A stretch of 64,000 bases of DNA from a virus (taxonomy: Duplodnaviria > Caudoviricetes): IMG/VR virus record IMGVR_UViG_3300037714_000131, positions 19,911 to 83,910 of that record, one strand, 5' to 3'. The notes under the pieces are model-generated. The model worked only from the letters and a program-made list of their open reading frames with translations. It was not told the DNA's origin and did no database searches. Position numbers and translations under genes: made by a program. How positions within the stretch are numbered: position 1 is the first letter of the stretch; every line of letters begins with the position of its first letter. Below are positions 25,802-35,447 of this stretch, in pieces.

Positions 25802-25986
25802 GAGCAGTTCTCCTACTTGTAGCAGCCCTTTCGCCGATTATAATCCTCGCGGCCATCGGTATTGCGAACGCGCCTTCGGCTGGCGCAGATTGTGATGCAA
25901 GAGGCGGCGTTGTTGTCGCGCGTGGCTTCGGAACGGCTTGCGTGATGCGCGCTGACCGGGCCAAGCTCAAGGAGCTTTACAGATGA
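25798..25986 (+). CDS. Small secreted/membrane protein
   Basis: Hydrophobic N-terminus, DCDARGG...TAC. Confidence 0.5.
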   Translation: MRAVLLLVAALSPIIILAAIGIANAPSAGADCDARGGVVVARGFGTACVMRADRAKLKELYR

Positions 25987-26177
25987 GTGAGGGACACGCA
26001 AGAAACGCGCCGAGGGAAAATCACATGACTGAATACGACCCAATCACAGATCCGGTCTTCGCGGTTGTCGAAGCGGCCCGCAGCGCTCTGGTGGGTCTCT
26101 GCTGCGCCGTGACGGCTTATGACGGTCCAAGCGACCTTGAGCGTGCCGAATTCGAAGCTTCTCGCTCCGCCCGTTAG
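25983..26177 (+). CDS. Hypothetical protein
   Basis: Coupled ORF. Confidence 0.45.
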   Translation: MSEGHARNAPRENHMTEYDPITDPVFAVVEAARSALVGLCCAVTAYDGPSDLERAEFEASRSAR

Positions 26178-26196
26178 ATAAACAGGAACAACTCAA

Positions 26197-26298
26197 ATGC
26201 CAAAGCTTCAAGGCTACCCCAGCAAATCCAGCAAGAAGATCGTCAAGCCCAAGGGATCGAAGTCCATGAAGGCTGGCGGCAAGAAGGGGAAGAAGTAG
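26197..26298 (+). CDS. Lys-rich 33-aa peptide
   Basis: MPKLQGYPSKSSKKIVKPKGSKSMKAGGKKGKK with SD AGGA. Confidence 0.5.
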   Translation: MPKLQGYPSKSSKKIVKPKGSKSMKAGGKKGKK

Positions 26299-26335
26299 GT
26301 CGAAAGTAGATGAGAAAGTAGATAAGAAAGTAGAT
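26290..26335 (+). repeat. 3-4 tandem 12-bp repeats (AGAAAGTAGAT) before terS
   Basis: Visible directly. Confidence 0.8.
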
Positions 26336-26337
26336 AA

Positions 26338-26622
26338 ATGGCCAAAGGTGAAAAGACTGGCGGTCGCAGAAGGGGAACTCCGAACAAAGCGACCACTGCT
26401 CAGGTAAAGAAGGCTAGGGAGATAGCCGAATCTGGCATGACTCCGCTTGAATACCTGCTCAAGGTCATGCGTGACGAAAACGTACCTCAGAATGAGCGGG
26501 TTGATGCAGCAAAAGCTGCAGCGCCTTATGTCCATCCGAAGCTGGCAAACATCGAGCATAGCGGAAAAGGCGCAGGCGGCGCAATCCAGATCATCATAAG
26601 CCCCGATGACGCAAAATTATGA
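26338..26622 (+). CDS. terS: Terminase small subunit
   Basis: KTGGRRRGTPNK...AAKAAAPYVHPKLANIEHSG pattern, directly upstream of terL. Confidence 0.8.
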   Translation: MAKGEKTGGRRRGTPNKATTAQVKKAREIAESGMTPLEYLLKVMRDENVPQNERVDAAKAAAPYVHPKLANIEHSGKGAGGAIQIIISPDDAKL

Positions 26623-27938
26623 CAGTTTCCCTTACGGAGAAGCAGAAAGAAGCTCGCATCCTACTCGGCGGCGACCAGACCCACACGCTCCTGGTCGGTG
26701 GATCAAGATCAGGAAAAACGTTCCTGATCATGTATGCGATCATAATGCGATCGTTGCGCGTTGGTGGCGCAAGGCATTTGGTTGCTCGGTTCAGATTCAA
26801 TCACGTAATCAGTTCGATCTGGCATGACACCTTTCCAAAGGTGATGAATGCAGCTTTCCCGGGCGTTTCGTATAAGACCGATAAATCGTCATGGCTTATC
26901 CGCTTTCCGAATGATAGCGAGATATGGTTTGGCGGCCTTGACGAGAAAGAGCGCACAGAAAAGATTCTTGGTCAAGAATACTGCGGCATATTCATGAACG
27001 AATGCTCGCAGATCGGTGTGGCGACCGTTGAGACGGTTCGCACCCGCCTTGCCCAAAATGTCGGATTGCCGCTACGCATTTGGTACGATTGCAATCCCCC
27101 GCTCGCTACGCATTGGACGCACAAACTGTTTGTCGAGAAGCGGGACGCAACGCCGCCTTACAAGCCGCTCACCAATCCGGAGCAGTATGTCTGGCTTCGC
27201 ATCAACCCGGTTGACAATACGGCGAACCTGCCAGCCGAGTATATTAGGGAACTTGAGACTTTAGGACCGAGGGCGAAGGCCCGCTTTCTCGAAGGCAAAT
27301 GGGGGTCCGCCGGCGAGAATGCGCTCTGGTCATACGAGGTTATCGAGCAGCACCGTGTTGTGTCTCACCCTGATCTCCAGCGCGTTGTTGTGGCCATTGA
27401 CCCGTCTGGCACGCATGGGGAGGAAGACAAGCGCTCCGATCATGTCGGTATCGTGATTGTGGGTCTGGGCATAGACGGTGACGCTTATGTGCTTGAAGAT
27501 CTCACGATCAAAGCCCCGCCGGCGACATGGGGTCGGGTAGCTGTGATGGCATATGAGCGGCACGCTGCCGACGCCATCATCGGCGAGACGAACTATGGCG
27601 GCGCGATGGTGGCTCATGTCGTCAAGACATCAGCACGCGAGATGAATACAACGATCTCCTACAAGGAAGTGACGGCATCGCGAGGCAAGGTCGTAAGGGC
27701 TGAGCCGATCGGCGCGCTCTATGCGCAAGGCCGAGTGCATCATGTAGGCAGTCATCCGGAGCTTGAAGACCAACTCTGTTCATTCACGACTGCAGGCTAC
27801 ATGGGCGACCGTTCGCCCGACCGCGCTGATGCCTGCATATGGGGACTGTCGGACCTGTTCCCTGGCCTTACGCGCAAGGCCAAACCCGGCAAGGTCAGCC
27901 ACGAAAGCATGTCGGGACACGACGCACATGGATGGTAA
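26619..27938 (+). CDS. terL: Terminase large subunit
   Basis: Walker A GGSRSGKT, Walker B IFMNEC, nuclease VAIDPSG and SPDRADA. Confidence 0.93.
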   Translation: MTVSLTEKQKEARILLGGDQTHTLLVGGSRSGKTFLIMYAIIMRSLRVGGARHLVARFRFNHVISSIWHDTFPKVMNAAFPGVSYKTDKSSWLIRFPNDSEIWFGGLDEKERTEKILGQEYCGIFMNECSQIGVATVETVRTRLAQNVGLPLRIWYDCNPPLATHWTHKLFVEKRDATPPYKPLTNPEQYVWLRINPVDNTANLPAEYIRELETLGPRAKARFLEGKWGSAGENALWSYEVIEQHRVVSHPDLQRVVVAIDPSGTHGEEDKRSDHVGIVIVGLGIDGDAYVLEDLTIKAPPATWGRVAVMAYERHAADAIIGETNYGGAMVAHVVKTSAREMNTTISYKEVTASRGKVVRAEPIGALYAQGRVHHVGSHPELEDQLCSFTTAGYMGDRSPDRADACIWGLSDLFPGLTRKAKPGKVSHESMSGHDAHGW

Positions 27939-27941
27939 CAC

Positions 27942-28406
27942 GTGAAACCAGGCGACATTCTTGAGCTTGCCATCTGGCTTGCCGGCACGGAAACCGAAGC
28001 TGATCTTGCAAATTGGAAATCAGGCTGTGACGGCATCGCCCGCAAATGCGAGAAAGAGCATGGCGTCATCATTGCGCCGATGGAGTTTGTCGTCAAGGAC
28101 GTGATGGATGACCGCGTGCCGCCAGTGCCGGATCACATCTCCGGTCCTGATGTCAGGCTGCTTGTTGGCGAAGCGATCGTGAAAGCATGGGCGCTGACGC
28201 CACGCGAAGATCCCGGCTTTGTTGCCGACATCGAGAAGGACGATCTCGAACGGCTCCGCGCCATGACCCGCAAGGCTCACAGGAAGGCAAAGCCGAGAGA
28301 TCCAGCGCTCACCGACCGTCAGTGCGACCAGATCATCAACAGTCTCGGCCCGGACGCCGCCGTGAAGACGCTCAGAGGCACCGCTGATGGCCGAAGCCTT
28401 CACTAG
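27942..28406 (+). CDS. Hypothetical protein
   Basis: ORF between terL and the portal. Confidence 0.65.
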   Translation: MKPGDILELAIWLAGTETEADLANWKSGCDGIARKCEKEHGVIIAPMEFVVKDVMDDRVPPVPDHISGPDVRLLVGEAIVKAWALTPREDPGFVADIEKDDLERLRAMTRKAHRKAKPRDPALTDRQCDQIINSLGPDAAVKTLRGTADGRSLH

Positions 28407-28572
28407 GCCGCTGACGCCAGAGGAAATCAAGAATGGGTGGACAGCCGAAACCCTGGCCGTCTATCTGCGTGACAGCGAGATGCGGGCACGCAAGCGCATC
28501 CTCGGCGATCCTGACGCCAAGCCGATGCCGAAGATCATCAACGGATCGGCGTTTGATCCACATAATTGGTAA
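28387..28572 (+). CDS. Hypothetical protein
   Basis: Short overlapping ORF. Confidence 0.55.
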   Translation: MAEAFTRPLTPEEIKNGWTAETLAVYLRDSEMRARKRILGDPDAKPMPKIINGSAFDPHNW

Positions 28573-28587
28573 TAGGGAATAAGCATC

Positions 28588-28800
28588 ATGAGCGGACTAT
28601 TCGGAGGCGGCAGCAAATCAGCATCGACCGCACCTGTTGCAGCATCTGCGCCAAGGGCAGCAGCAGAGGCAGCGCCGGTTACGCAGACAACGGGCCGTCC
28701 GGTTGCCGCCGGCGGATCGACGGATCTGATCCGTCGGCTTGGTTTTACCGGCGCGAGCGGCCGCGGTGGAGCAACGGGCTCGTCGATGCTCGGCAAGTAG
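28588..28800 (+). CDS. Small Ala/Gly-rich virion-associated protein
   Basis: MSGLFGGG...SSMLG; paralogous in style to the next ORF (pre-portal small proteins). Confidence 0.6.
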   Translation: MSGLFGGGSKSASTAPVAASAPRAAAEAAPVTQTTGRPVAAGGSTDLIRRLGFTGASGRGGATGSSMLGK

Positions 28801-28824
28801 TCTCCGCACAATTTACGGATTTGC

Positions 28825-28848
28825 AGGCCCTTCACGGGGCCTTTTTTA
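28825..28848 (+). terminator. Rho-independent terminator
   Basis: AGGCCC-ttcacg-GGGCCT followed by a T-tract. Confidence 0.8.
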
Positions 28849-28863
28849 TTGGAGAACACGCAG

Positions 28864-29067
28864 ATGGCAGGATTATTCGGCGGCGCAAAGGTAGAGCCGC
28901 CCAAGGCTCCGGCGGCGCCGCCCCGTCTTTCCGAAGGCCAGGTCACATCGAAGGAAGCCCAGGGAGAAATGCGCAAGCGCCGCGGCATCGAAGATCAGAT
29001 ATTCACGCTCGGCCGGCCATCGCGCCCCGGCTATAACTCGATGCTCGGCCAGTCAAGCAATCAATGA
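28864..29067 (+). CDS. Small pre-portal virion-associated protein
   Basis: MAGLFGG...NSMLG; coupled to the portal. Confidence 0.6.
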   Translation: MAGLFGGAKVEPPKAPAAPPRLSEGQVTSKEAQGEMRKRRGIEDQIFTLGRPSRPGYNSMLGQSSNQ

Positions 29068-30728
29068 CAGCTAAAGTCTGGGACATCCTCGACCGCCAGA
29101 AGCGGATGGAGAATCGCAAAAGCCCGTGGATGGAATACTGGCAGCGGCTCGGCGACATTCTGCTGCCGAACAATAATGATTTTACCACGAGTCATTCCGC
29201 AGGCCAGCCGCGCACCGACCGGATATATGATGGCCAGCCCAGACTTGCCGCGCGCCAGCTTATCACCACTGTAGACGGGCTCCTCAAGCCCAAGCATCAG
29301 CGCTGGTTCTGGCTGACCGTGGACGATCAGGATCTCGCTGAGGTCGATGAAGTCAAGTACTGGCTCGAAGACACGACGGATCGCATGTGGCACGCGGTCT
29401 ACCGGCAGGAAGCCAAGTTCACCCAGCGCTCCGCCGAGGTCGATGAAAGCCTTATCATTTACGGGCTCGGCGCGCTCTGGTGCGGTCTGAACCGCGATCA
29501 GGACGGCCTGTCGTTCCGATCTTTCCGGCTCCGCGACTTCCATATCGATGAAAACGGCGACGGCGTTGTCGATGTCTTCTCCGTCATCGAGCGGCTCACC
29601 CCGCGCCAAGCCGTGCAGCGGTGGGGCGAGGAGGCGATGTCGAAAGGCGCGCTCGACAGGCTGAACGGCGACGCCAAGATGGCGGACATGAAACTGCCGT
29701 TCCTGCAGATGATCTTGCCGCGCGACGACCGCGATGCAACGAGGATCGATTCCGGGAACAAGCCTTACGCATCGATCGTCATCGATGTCGATAATGAGCA
29801 CGAGGTCAAGGCGTCAGGCTTCGACGAGTTTCCTGTCGCGGTGCCGCGTTGGGATACAGCGCCTGGAGAAATCTATGCGCGCTCACCTGGTATGTATGCG
29901 CTTCCCGACGCCCGCACGCTTCAGGCAATGGCCAAAACGCTTCTGCGAGGCGGTCAACGCGCTGTCGATCCTCCGACATGGGCGATCTCGGACGGTGTAT
30001 TGTCGCCGGTGCGCACCTTCCCCGGTGGCTTGACCATCATATCCGCCGATGCCGTCAACCAGATGGGCGGCCGTCCGCCGATCGGCGTTCTCGACATGGG
30101 CGCGAACATTCCGCTTGGCCTCGAGATGCAGCAGGATGTCCGCATGCAGGTCGAGGCGGCGTTCTTCAAGGACATCTTCGCCATGCCGATCGAGGGCCGC
30201 CAGATGACGGCGACCGAGATCCTTGAGCGCAAGGAAGAGTACCAGCGCACCATCGGTCCGGTGTTCGGGCGTCTTGAGTCGGATTACATCGGCCATATCA
30301 CCGAGCGGATCTTCAAGGTAATGATGCGCTTCGGCGCATTCCTGCCGATGCCGGAGATCCTTGCCGAGGCTGGCGGGCTCAAGTTTGAATACATGTCGCC
30401 GGTGCAGCAGGCGAGAAAGCAGTCGGAAGCAGCCGGCCTGATCCGCGCATTCGAAGTGCTTGGACCGCTTGCCGAGGTTCAGCCGGAGATCATCGACAAT
30501 TTCGATGGCGACCAGATCGCGCGCGACGCCCCGGAGTGGGCGAACTTTACCCAGAAATGGCTGAGACCGAAATCAATCGTAGAGGAACTCCGTGCCTCAA
30601 GGCAACAGCAGATGGAAGCAGAAAGCGCAATCCAGACCGGCATTCAAGGCGCGCAAGCAGGGGCAGATGTCGTCAAAAATATCGCACAAGCCGAACAGTC
30701 CGTCATGGCCGAGCCAGCAGTCGCTTGA
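29064..30728 (+). CDS. Portal (head-tail connector), T7/BPP-1 type
   Basis: YARSPG, MTATEILER and GPVFGRL motifs; 554 aa. Confidence 0.92.
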   Translation: MTAKVWDILDRQKRMENRKSPWMEYWQRLGDILLPNNNDFTTSHSAGQPRTDRIYDGQPRLAARQLITTVDGLLKPKHQRWFWLTVDDQDLAEVDEVKYWLEDTTDRMWHAVYRQEAKFTQRSAEVDESLIIYGLGALWCGLNRDQDGLSFRSFRLRDFHIDENGDGVVDVFSVIERLTPRQAVQRWGEEAMSKGALDRLNGDAKMADMKLPFLQMILPRDDRDATRIDSGNKPYASIVIDVDNEHEVKASGFDEFPVAVPRWDTAPGEIYARSPGMYALPDARTLQAMAKTLLRGGQRAVDPPTWAISDGVLSPVRTFPGGLTIISADAVNQMGGRPPIGVLDMGANIPLGLEMQQDVRMQVEAAFFKDIFAMPIEGRQMTATEILERKEEYQRTIGPVFGRLESDYIGHITERIFKVMMRFGAFLPMPEILAEAGGLKFEYMSPVQQARKQSEAAGLIRAFEVLGPLAEVQPEIIDNFDGDQIARDAPEWANFTQKWLRPKSIVEELRASRQQQMEAESAIQTGIQGAQAGADVVKNIAQAEQSVMAEPAVA

Positions 30729-31044
30729 TGATATCCGGACGTTGTTCGAAGCGCTCGGCCCGGTCGCAGCAAGTGATGATGGTCCATACACGTTCCTCGA
30801 TGAACAGCGGGATTTCCTCGCCGTCTTCAACGGCAACAGCACACCGGAACAGGGCCGCCGCGTGCTGAGCATCATCGCATCTGTCTGCGAAGGCCCGGCG
30901 GTTTCAATTCATGAAGTCTCAGACCATGCCAAGCTTGCATGGCGCTACGCCACGCGTTCGGTAATGCATGAGATCACCCTGCGGATGGCCGGACGCCGCG
31001 GCCCGGTAAAAGTTGAACAACAGCAAGAGGATGAGTATGTCTGA
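30667..31044 (+). CDS. Bbp19-like small protein after portal
   Basis: VFNGNSTPEQGRRVLSII; conserved position; start uncertain. Confidence 0.55.
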   Translation: MSSKISHKPNSPSWPSQQSLDDIRTLFEALGPVAASDDGPYTFLDEQRDFLAVFNGNSTPEQGRRVLSIIASVCEGPAVSIHEVSDHAKLAWRYATRSVMHEITLRMAGRRGPVKVEQQQEDEYV

Positions 31045-31999
31045 TCAGCAGACGAGTGAAAGCACTGGCGCAACGGAAACTGCGGCAGAAAGCACAGACG
31101 CCGATACCGGCGCCGTAACGGAAGCGCTGGCGACCGATGCCAATGTCGCCGCGGCAAAGACTGCTGAAGGCGAGCAGGCGACGGAAGCCGCAAAGCCCGA
31201 ATTTGTCTACTCGGATTGGGCCAAGGGTCTGGCCGACGAGAAGCGGCGCGATTATGCTCAGCGCTTCAAGTCCATCGACGACGTGCTTAATGGCGCGATG
31301 AAACTTCGCGAGGAAATATCATCTCGCATCAAGCTCCCCGGCAAGGACGCCAAGCCCGAAGACATCGCCGCATTCAGGAAGCAGATCGGTGTGCCGGATA
31401 CGGCGGACGGCTATGAGGTCAAGGCTCCGGAAGGATACAACCTCGATGGCCCGGTCGGCCTTGTCGTCGATATGTCGAGGGATCTTGCTCACAAGAACCA
31501 TATTCCCGCCGGCGCATTCCAGGATTTCGCTGATGGCATGATCAAGATCGATCAGGAAATCCAGCAGCAGGTCAACGAAAGCGTCAAGAAATGGCGCTCG
31601 GACAAGGAGCAGGAAATCCGCAAGGAGTTCGGCGGCGATTTCGAGGCGAACCTGAATGCAGGCAAGCGCGCCCGAGATGTCTTTGGCGGCGAGGAACTGA
31701 CGGAGTTCTTCAACACGCAGGTCACGATCAATGGCGTCTCCATGACGCCCGGCGATCATCCCGCCATGATCAAGTTCATGGCCACATTGGGTAAGCGCAT
31801 GGGCGAAGACGGCGTGATCGGCATGACATCGGAATCCGAACGTCAGAGCACCAAGGAACGCATCGACGAGATTTACGCCAAGACGCCGCCCGGTACTGCC
31901 GGATACGCGGCGCCTGCCGTGCAGAAAGAACTTCAAGCCCTGTTCGAGAAGCTTGAAGGCAACGGCGCTGTCGTCGGCTCTGGCGGCCGCACATACTGA
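31037..31999 (+). CDS. Capsid scaffolding/assembly protein
   Basis: Acidic A/T/E N-terminus, GVPDTADGY, EFGGDFEAN and GDHPAMIKFM. Confidence 0.8.
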   Translation: MSDQQTSESTGATETAAESTDADTGAVTEALATDANVAAAKTAEGEQATEAAKPEFVYSDWAKGLADEKRRDYAQRFKSIDDVLNGAMKLREEISSRIKLPGKDAKPEDIAAFRKQIGVPDTADGYEVKAPEGYNLDGPVGLVVDMSRDLAHKNHIPAGAFQDFADGMIKIDQEIQQQVNESVKKWRSDKEQEIRKEFGGDFEANLNAGKRARDVFGGEELTEFFNTQVTINGVSMTPGDHPAMIKFMATLGKRMGEDGVIGMTSESERQSTKERIDEIYAKTPPGTAGYAAPAVQKELQALFEKLEGNGAVVGSGGRTY

Positions 32000-32220
32000 A
32001 TTCCGGGATCTCCCCGGCATCCCCTGGCACGGGCAACTGCCAATCACATACGCACTGAACGAAGCCCCGTAGACGGCTGAGACCGCCCTGCGGTGAAGAC
32101 CATTCGCGCGCCCCGGCAACGGCTCCCGCGCATTCCGGTCTGATACCCGCGGCTCCCGGTCGCAATCCCCTGCGGCTCCCTGAGCGAAGTGCTTGTCGAA
32201 ACCTCAAGTAGGAGGCTCTG

Positions 32221-33767
32221 ATGAGCACCACTATTACTAACTCCTTTGTGCGTCAGTGAACTCTCTTGCTGACGATAAACCCCGTTAATTGCTGGAACGC
32301 CCCAAAGCCTTGCTATAGTTCCTGAACCTTGCTAGGGTGGGAATCATGAATAAGCGCAAGGATGCACAATGGGCAATCAGCAGGGAAGTCTCGAAACTGA
32401 AGATTTGATAGCCCTGCCAGGATACGACGGCTACTACACGGACGGCAATGGCAATGTCGTCAGCCGAAGAAGGGGTTCAACCCTTCGCATCCTAAAGCCG
32501 CATCAGCATAAAGCTCGCGGCAGAAAAGCTTACCTTCGAACGAAGATGGCCGGCAAACTGGTTCTTTTGCATCGCGCCATTGCCTCGGTACATGCCAAAC
32601 GCCGCATCGAAGGGGGCGAAGTCGTCAATCACCTCAATGGCGACACACTAGACAACAGGCTTGATAATCTGGAAGTTGCCTCTCACCGCACCAACGTGGA
32701 ACATGCGGTTAGCAACGGTCTCTATTGCTCCGGAGAGCAATGGTACGCCGCGAGAGGTAAAGAGAAACCTTCAACGACTAGTCGCAAGACGTAGGCTCAA
32801 GCGAGCCGAAAAGCGGGGCCCCCGAAAGGGGTGAAGATATAGTCTGTTCTGCATCGAAAGATGCAGCTGCCCAATGGGCGGGTGAAACGTAGCGAATTTC
32901 ACTGAACATCTAGATGAGAAAGACCTGCACGCCGTATTCCAGAGGATGGGTGGATATCTTCGCCCGACTGTCCGCATGAAACCCGGCGTAGTCGGCAAGT
33001 CTACCACCTTCCAGAAGGTGGGCAAGGGTACAGCCACCACCAAGGCCCGTCACGGCGTCATCACTCCGATGAACCAGACGCATACAGCCATCGAGTGCAC
33101 GCTCGTTGACTTCTATGCAGGCGACTGGGTAGACAAGCTGGATGAAGCGAAAGTCAACATCGACGAACGTCTCGCCATCGCCGAAGGCGGCGCCTGGGCG
33201 CTCGGCCGCAAGGTTGACGATCAGATCATCACTGCGCTGGATACAACCACGCAGACAAGCGTAACGATCACTGTCTCGACCGATGCACCCGTTCTCAACG
33301 GTCTGCTCGAAATGCGTAAGGGTCTGGACAGAAACGATGTGCCCAATGATGGCCAGCGTTTTGGCCTCCTGACCCCGATGATGTGGTCGCGCGCCATGCG
33401 CGTCGAACAGTTCTCAAGCTCTGATTATGTCACGGCAAACGATCTGCCCTTCCTCAAGGGCGGCACGTTCGGGAATTCGTTCATTCGCTGGATGGGCATC
33501 CTCTGGCAGGAGCATACCGGCCTGCCCGGTGAGAATACGGCGTCTGCCGACAGTTTCGTCTACCACAGGCGCTCCATCGGTTATGCGTCCGGTGCGCATG
33601 CGGGCAATGTTGCCGAGAACGAATCCGTCTCGGCCGATATCACCTGGCACGGCGACCGAGCCGCGCATTTCGTTAACCACATGATGTCCGGTGGGGCAGT
33701 GCTGATCGACGACACTGGCGTCATCCGCGGTACTTCCAACGACACCACGCCGTTGGCGGTTGCGTGA
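32221..33767 (+). CDS. Major capsid protein, spliced: join(32221..32257,32914..33767), 296 aa
   Basis: Joined exons read MSTTITNSFVRQYEKDLHAVFQRMGGYLRPTVR, the typical N-terminus of this podovirus capsid family; SD GGAGG. Confidence 0.9.
32258..32913 (+). mobile_element. Group I intron
   Basis: P1 CGTCAGT/GCTGACG with a U-G pair at the splice site; core AATTGCTGGAA, GGCAATCAGCAG, CAACGACTA and AAGATATAGTCT; terminal G. Confidence 0.92.
32369..32794 (+). CDS. Intron-encoded HNH homing endonuclease
   Basis: LLHRAIA...VVNHLNGDTLDNRLDNLEVASHRTNVEH (HNH_3 type). Confidence 0.85.
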   Translation: MGNQQGSLETEDLIALPGYDGYYTDGNGNVVSRRRGSTLRILKPHQHKARGRKAYLRTKMAGKLVLLHRAIASVHAKRRIEGGEVVNHLNGDTLDNRLDNLEVASHRTNVEHAVSNGLYCSGEQWYAARGKEKPSTTSRKT

Positions 33768-33779
33768 TAGGAGGCAGCA

Positions 33780-34052
33780 ATGGCTAAATTGTGGGTGACC
33801 GTAACTAACAATGGTTTGGGGTCCGGTGACTATCAAACCATTGTGCTGGATTTCTCTTCGGGTCCGGTACAGACGAATGTGCTTCCCAACGCATTGGTCA
33901 ACGTTCGGCTATGTGCATATTCTCCATGCTATTTTGATGTCGGCAGCAGTCCGGTGGTTACGGAATCTTCTCCGTATCTTCCTGCTGGTGAGATCGAGCG
34001 TACCAGCTTGGCTCCGAATATGCGCATCCGCGTTGCCGCAGCAGCCGAATAA
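33780..34052 (+). CDS. Putative minor capsid/decoration protein
   Basis: Beta-rich 90 aa directly after the capsid gene. Confidence 0.55.
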   Translation: MAKLWVTVTNNGLGSGDYQTIVLDFSSGPVQTNVLPNALVNVRLCAYSPCYFDVGSSPVVTESSPYLPAGEIERTSLAPNMRIRVAAAAE

Positions 34053-34065
34053 GGAGGGCTGAACA

Positions 34066-34425
34066 ATGGCTTTTAAACGTGCAGCCACTTCTGGCGATTA
34101 TACCAACCACAAGAAGTATTTCTGGCTCATCGGTGAGCTGAACAATGGCGTCAAATGGTGGGGTTATGTGACCCCAGACACGATGGCGACCATCGAGATC
34201 AGCTCGTATTTTTCCGATCAGGAATGCCTCGACACCATGAAACCTGGCGATCGTATCTCGGTCTGGCAGGTTTCTGCGATCGACGACACGCGGCAGACTA
34301 TCCAACTAGATATTGGAGCTGGATTCGTCGATTTCAATGAAAGCTTTGTCGTCGCTTCGGATGGGGCTGGAATTAATATCTCTCCGACTGCGATCGCAGG
34401 CAGCATTGAGTACTCGTTGCCTTAG
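34066..34425 (+). CDS. Putative minor virion protein
   Basis: SD GGAGG; 119 aa, beta-rich. Confidence 0.6.
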   Translation: MAFKRAATSGDYTNHKKYFWLIGELNNGVKWWGYVTPDTMATIEISSYFSDQECLDTMKPGDRISVWQVSAIDDTRQTIQLDIGAGFVDFNESFVVASDGAGINISPTAIAGSIEYSLP

Positions 34426-34431
34426 TATTAC

Positions 34432-34468
34432 TGTGGCGGGGGCAAGTCTCCCGCCACATCTATTTGTT
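34432..34468 (+). terminator. Rho-independent terminator after capsid genes
   Basis: TGTGGCGGG-ggcaagtct-CCCGCCACA plus a T-rich tail. Confidence 0.7.
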
Positions 34469-34493
34469 TATTACATTAAAGGATCAAGAGACT

Positions 34494-35142
34494 GCTCGCA
34501 AAGGTTCAAACCCGCATCCAGCCGCCGATCATTGAAGGCCACGCGGCGCAAGGCTCACAGCCCGGCTATCCGCATCTGCATTCCGGCACGGTCCTTGTCT
34601 GCGGGTTTGCTGCAACCTTGTGGGATGATCTCGAAGCAGTCGAGGCAGTCCGGCCGGGACTTCCACGGATTGCAGTGAATGAAGCGGCGGTTCATATCCC
34701 AGCATTTGCGATTTATTCATTTCATACCGAGCACACGAAGCTTGGCCGTTGGGCGAATGAACAGCGGAAAAACTTCGGCGACGGCTTTACAGTTCACGGC
34801 TCGGGTAGTAAAGATTTCTATGAGCACAATATTCGAAATTACCCGCATGTTCAATATTGGTGGAGCGCGACGGCTTCGCGGGGATCGTCCGGCTGGTGCG
34901 CGAGAATACTCGGAAGGCTGATGGGCTTCGATGAGGTTGTCCTGTGCGGCATCCCGCTCGATCATCGCCGCTACGCCGACAAGAAACCGGCATGGTACTG
35001 GCAGTCAGGACGGACGAATGCCGTCACGGTGTTTCAGAAGGCTGTGAAGGAAGATGTGGTGCATCATGCGGGGGTGGTTTCGATGAGTGGTTGGACGCGG
35101 GAATTGTTAGGAGCGCCGGAATGGCTGACATCAAGCAAATAG
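34494..35142 (+). CDS. MptE/Maf-like Rossmann protein (start uncertain)
   Basis: VLVCGFAATL...IAVNEA...SSGWCARILGRLMGFDEVVLCGIPLD; the frame is open from about 34479. Confidence 0.55.
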
Positions 35143-35447
35143 CTGCCACATACGCAGCTCGCATATTCGACCGCATGGAAATGTGCCGAGGCTCTGCCAT
35201 CCTGAAATCGGATATTGAGCGGGAAGTTGAGGCGGCGTTGCGAGAATATACGGGTCCGCACATGCCAGAAGGACCAGTTTACGGCGCATCGCCTGCGATG
35301 GGTATACTCGGCGAACATCGCAAGTGCCTTGAGGAATATCGAATAATCTCTGAGCGCTCAGTCGATCCTCCCCAGATGAAAACCGCAACCGAAGTGCAAG
35401 AGAGACTGGACGAATATCAGGCGAGGCTCAATGCAAAGAACGCCTGA
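35121..35447 (+). CDS. Hypothetical protein
   Basis: ORF between enzyme genes. Confidence 0.55.
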   Translation: MADIKQIAATYAARIFDRMEMCRGSAILKSDIEREVEAALREYTGPHMPEGPVYGASPAMGILGEHRKCLEEYRIISERSVDPPQMKTATEVQERLDEYQARLNAKNA

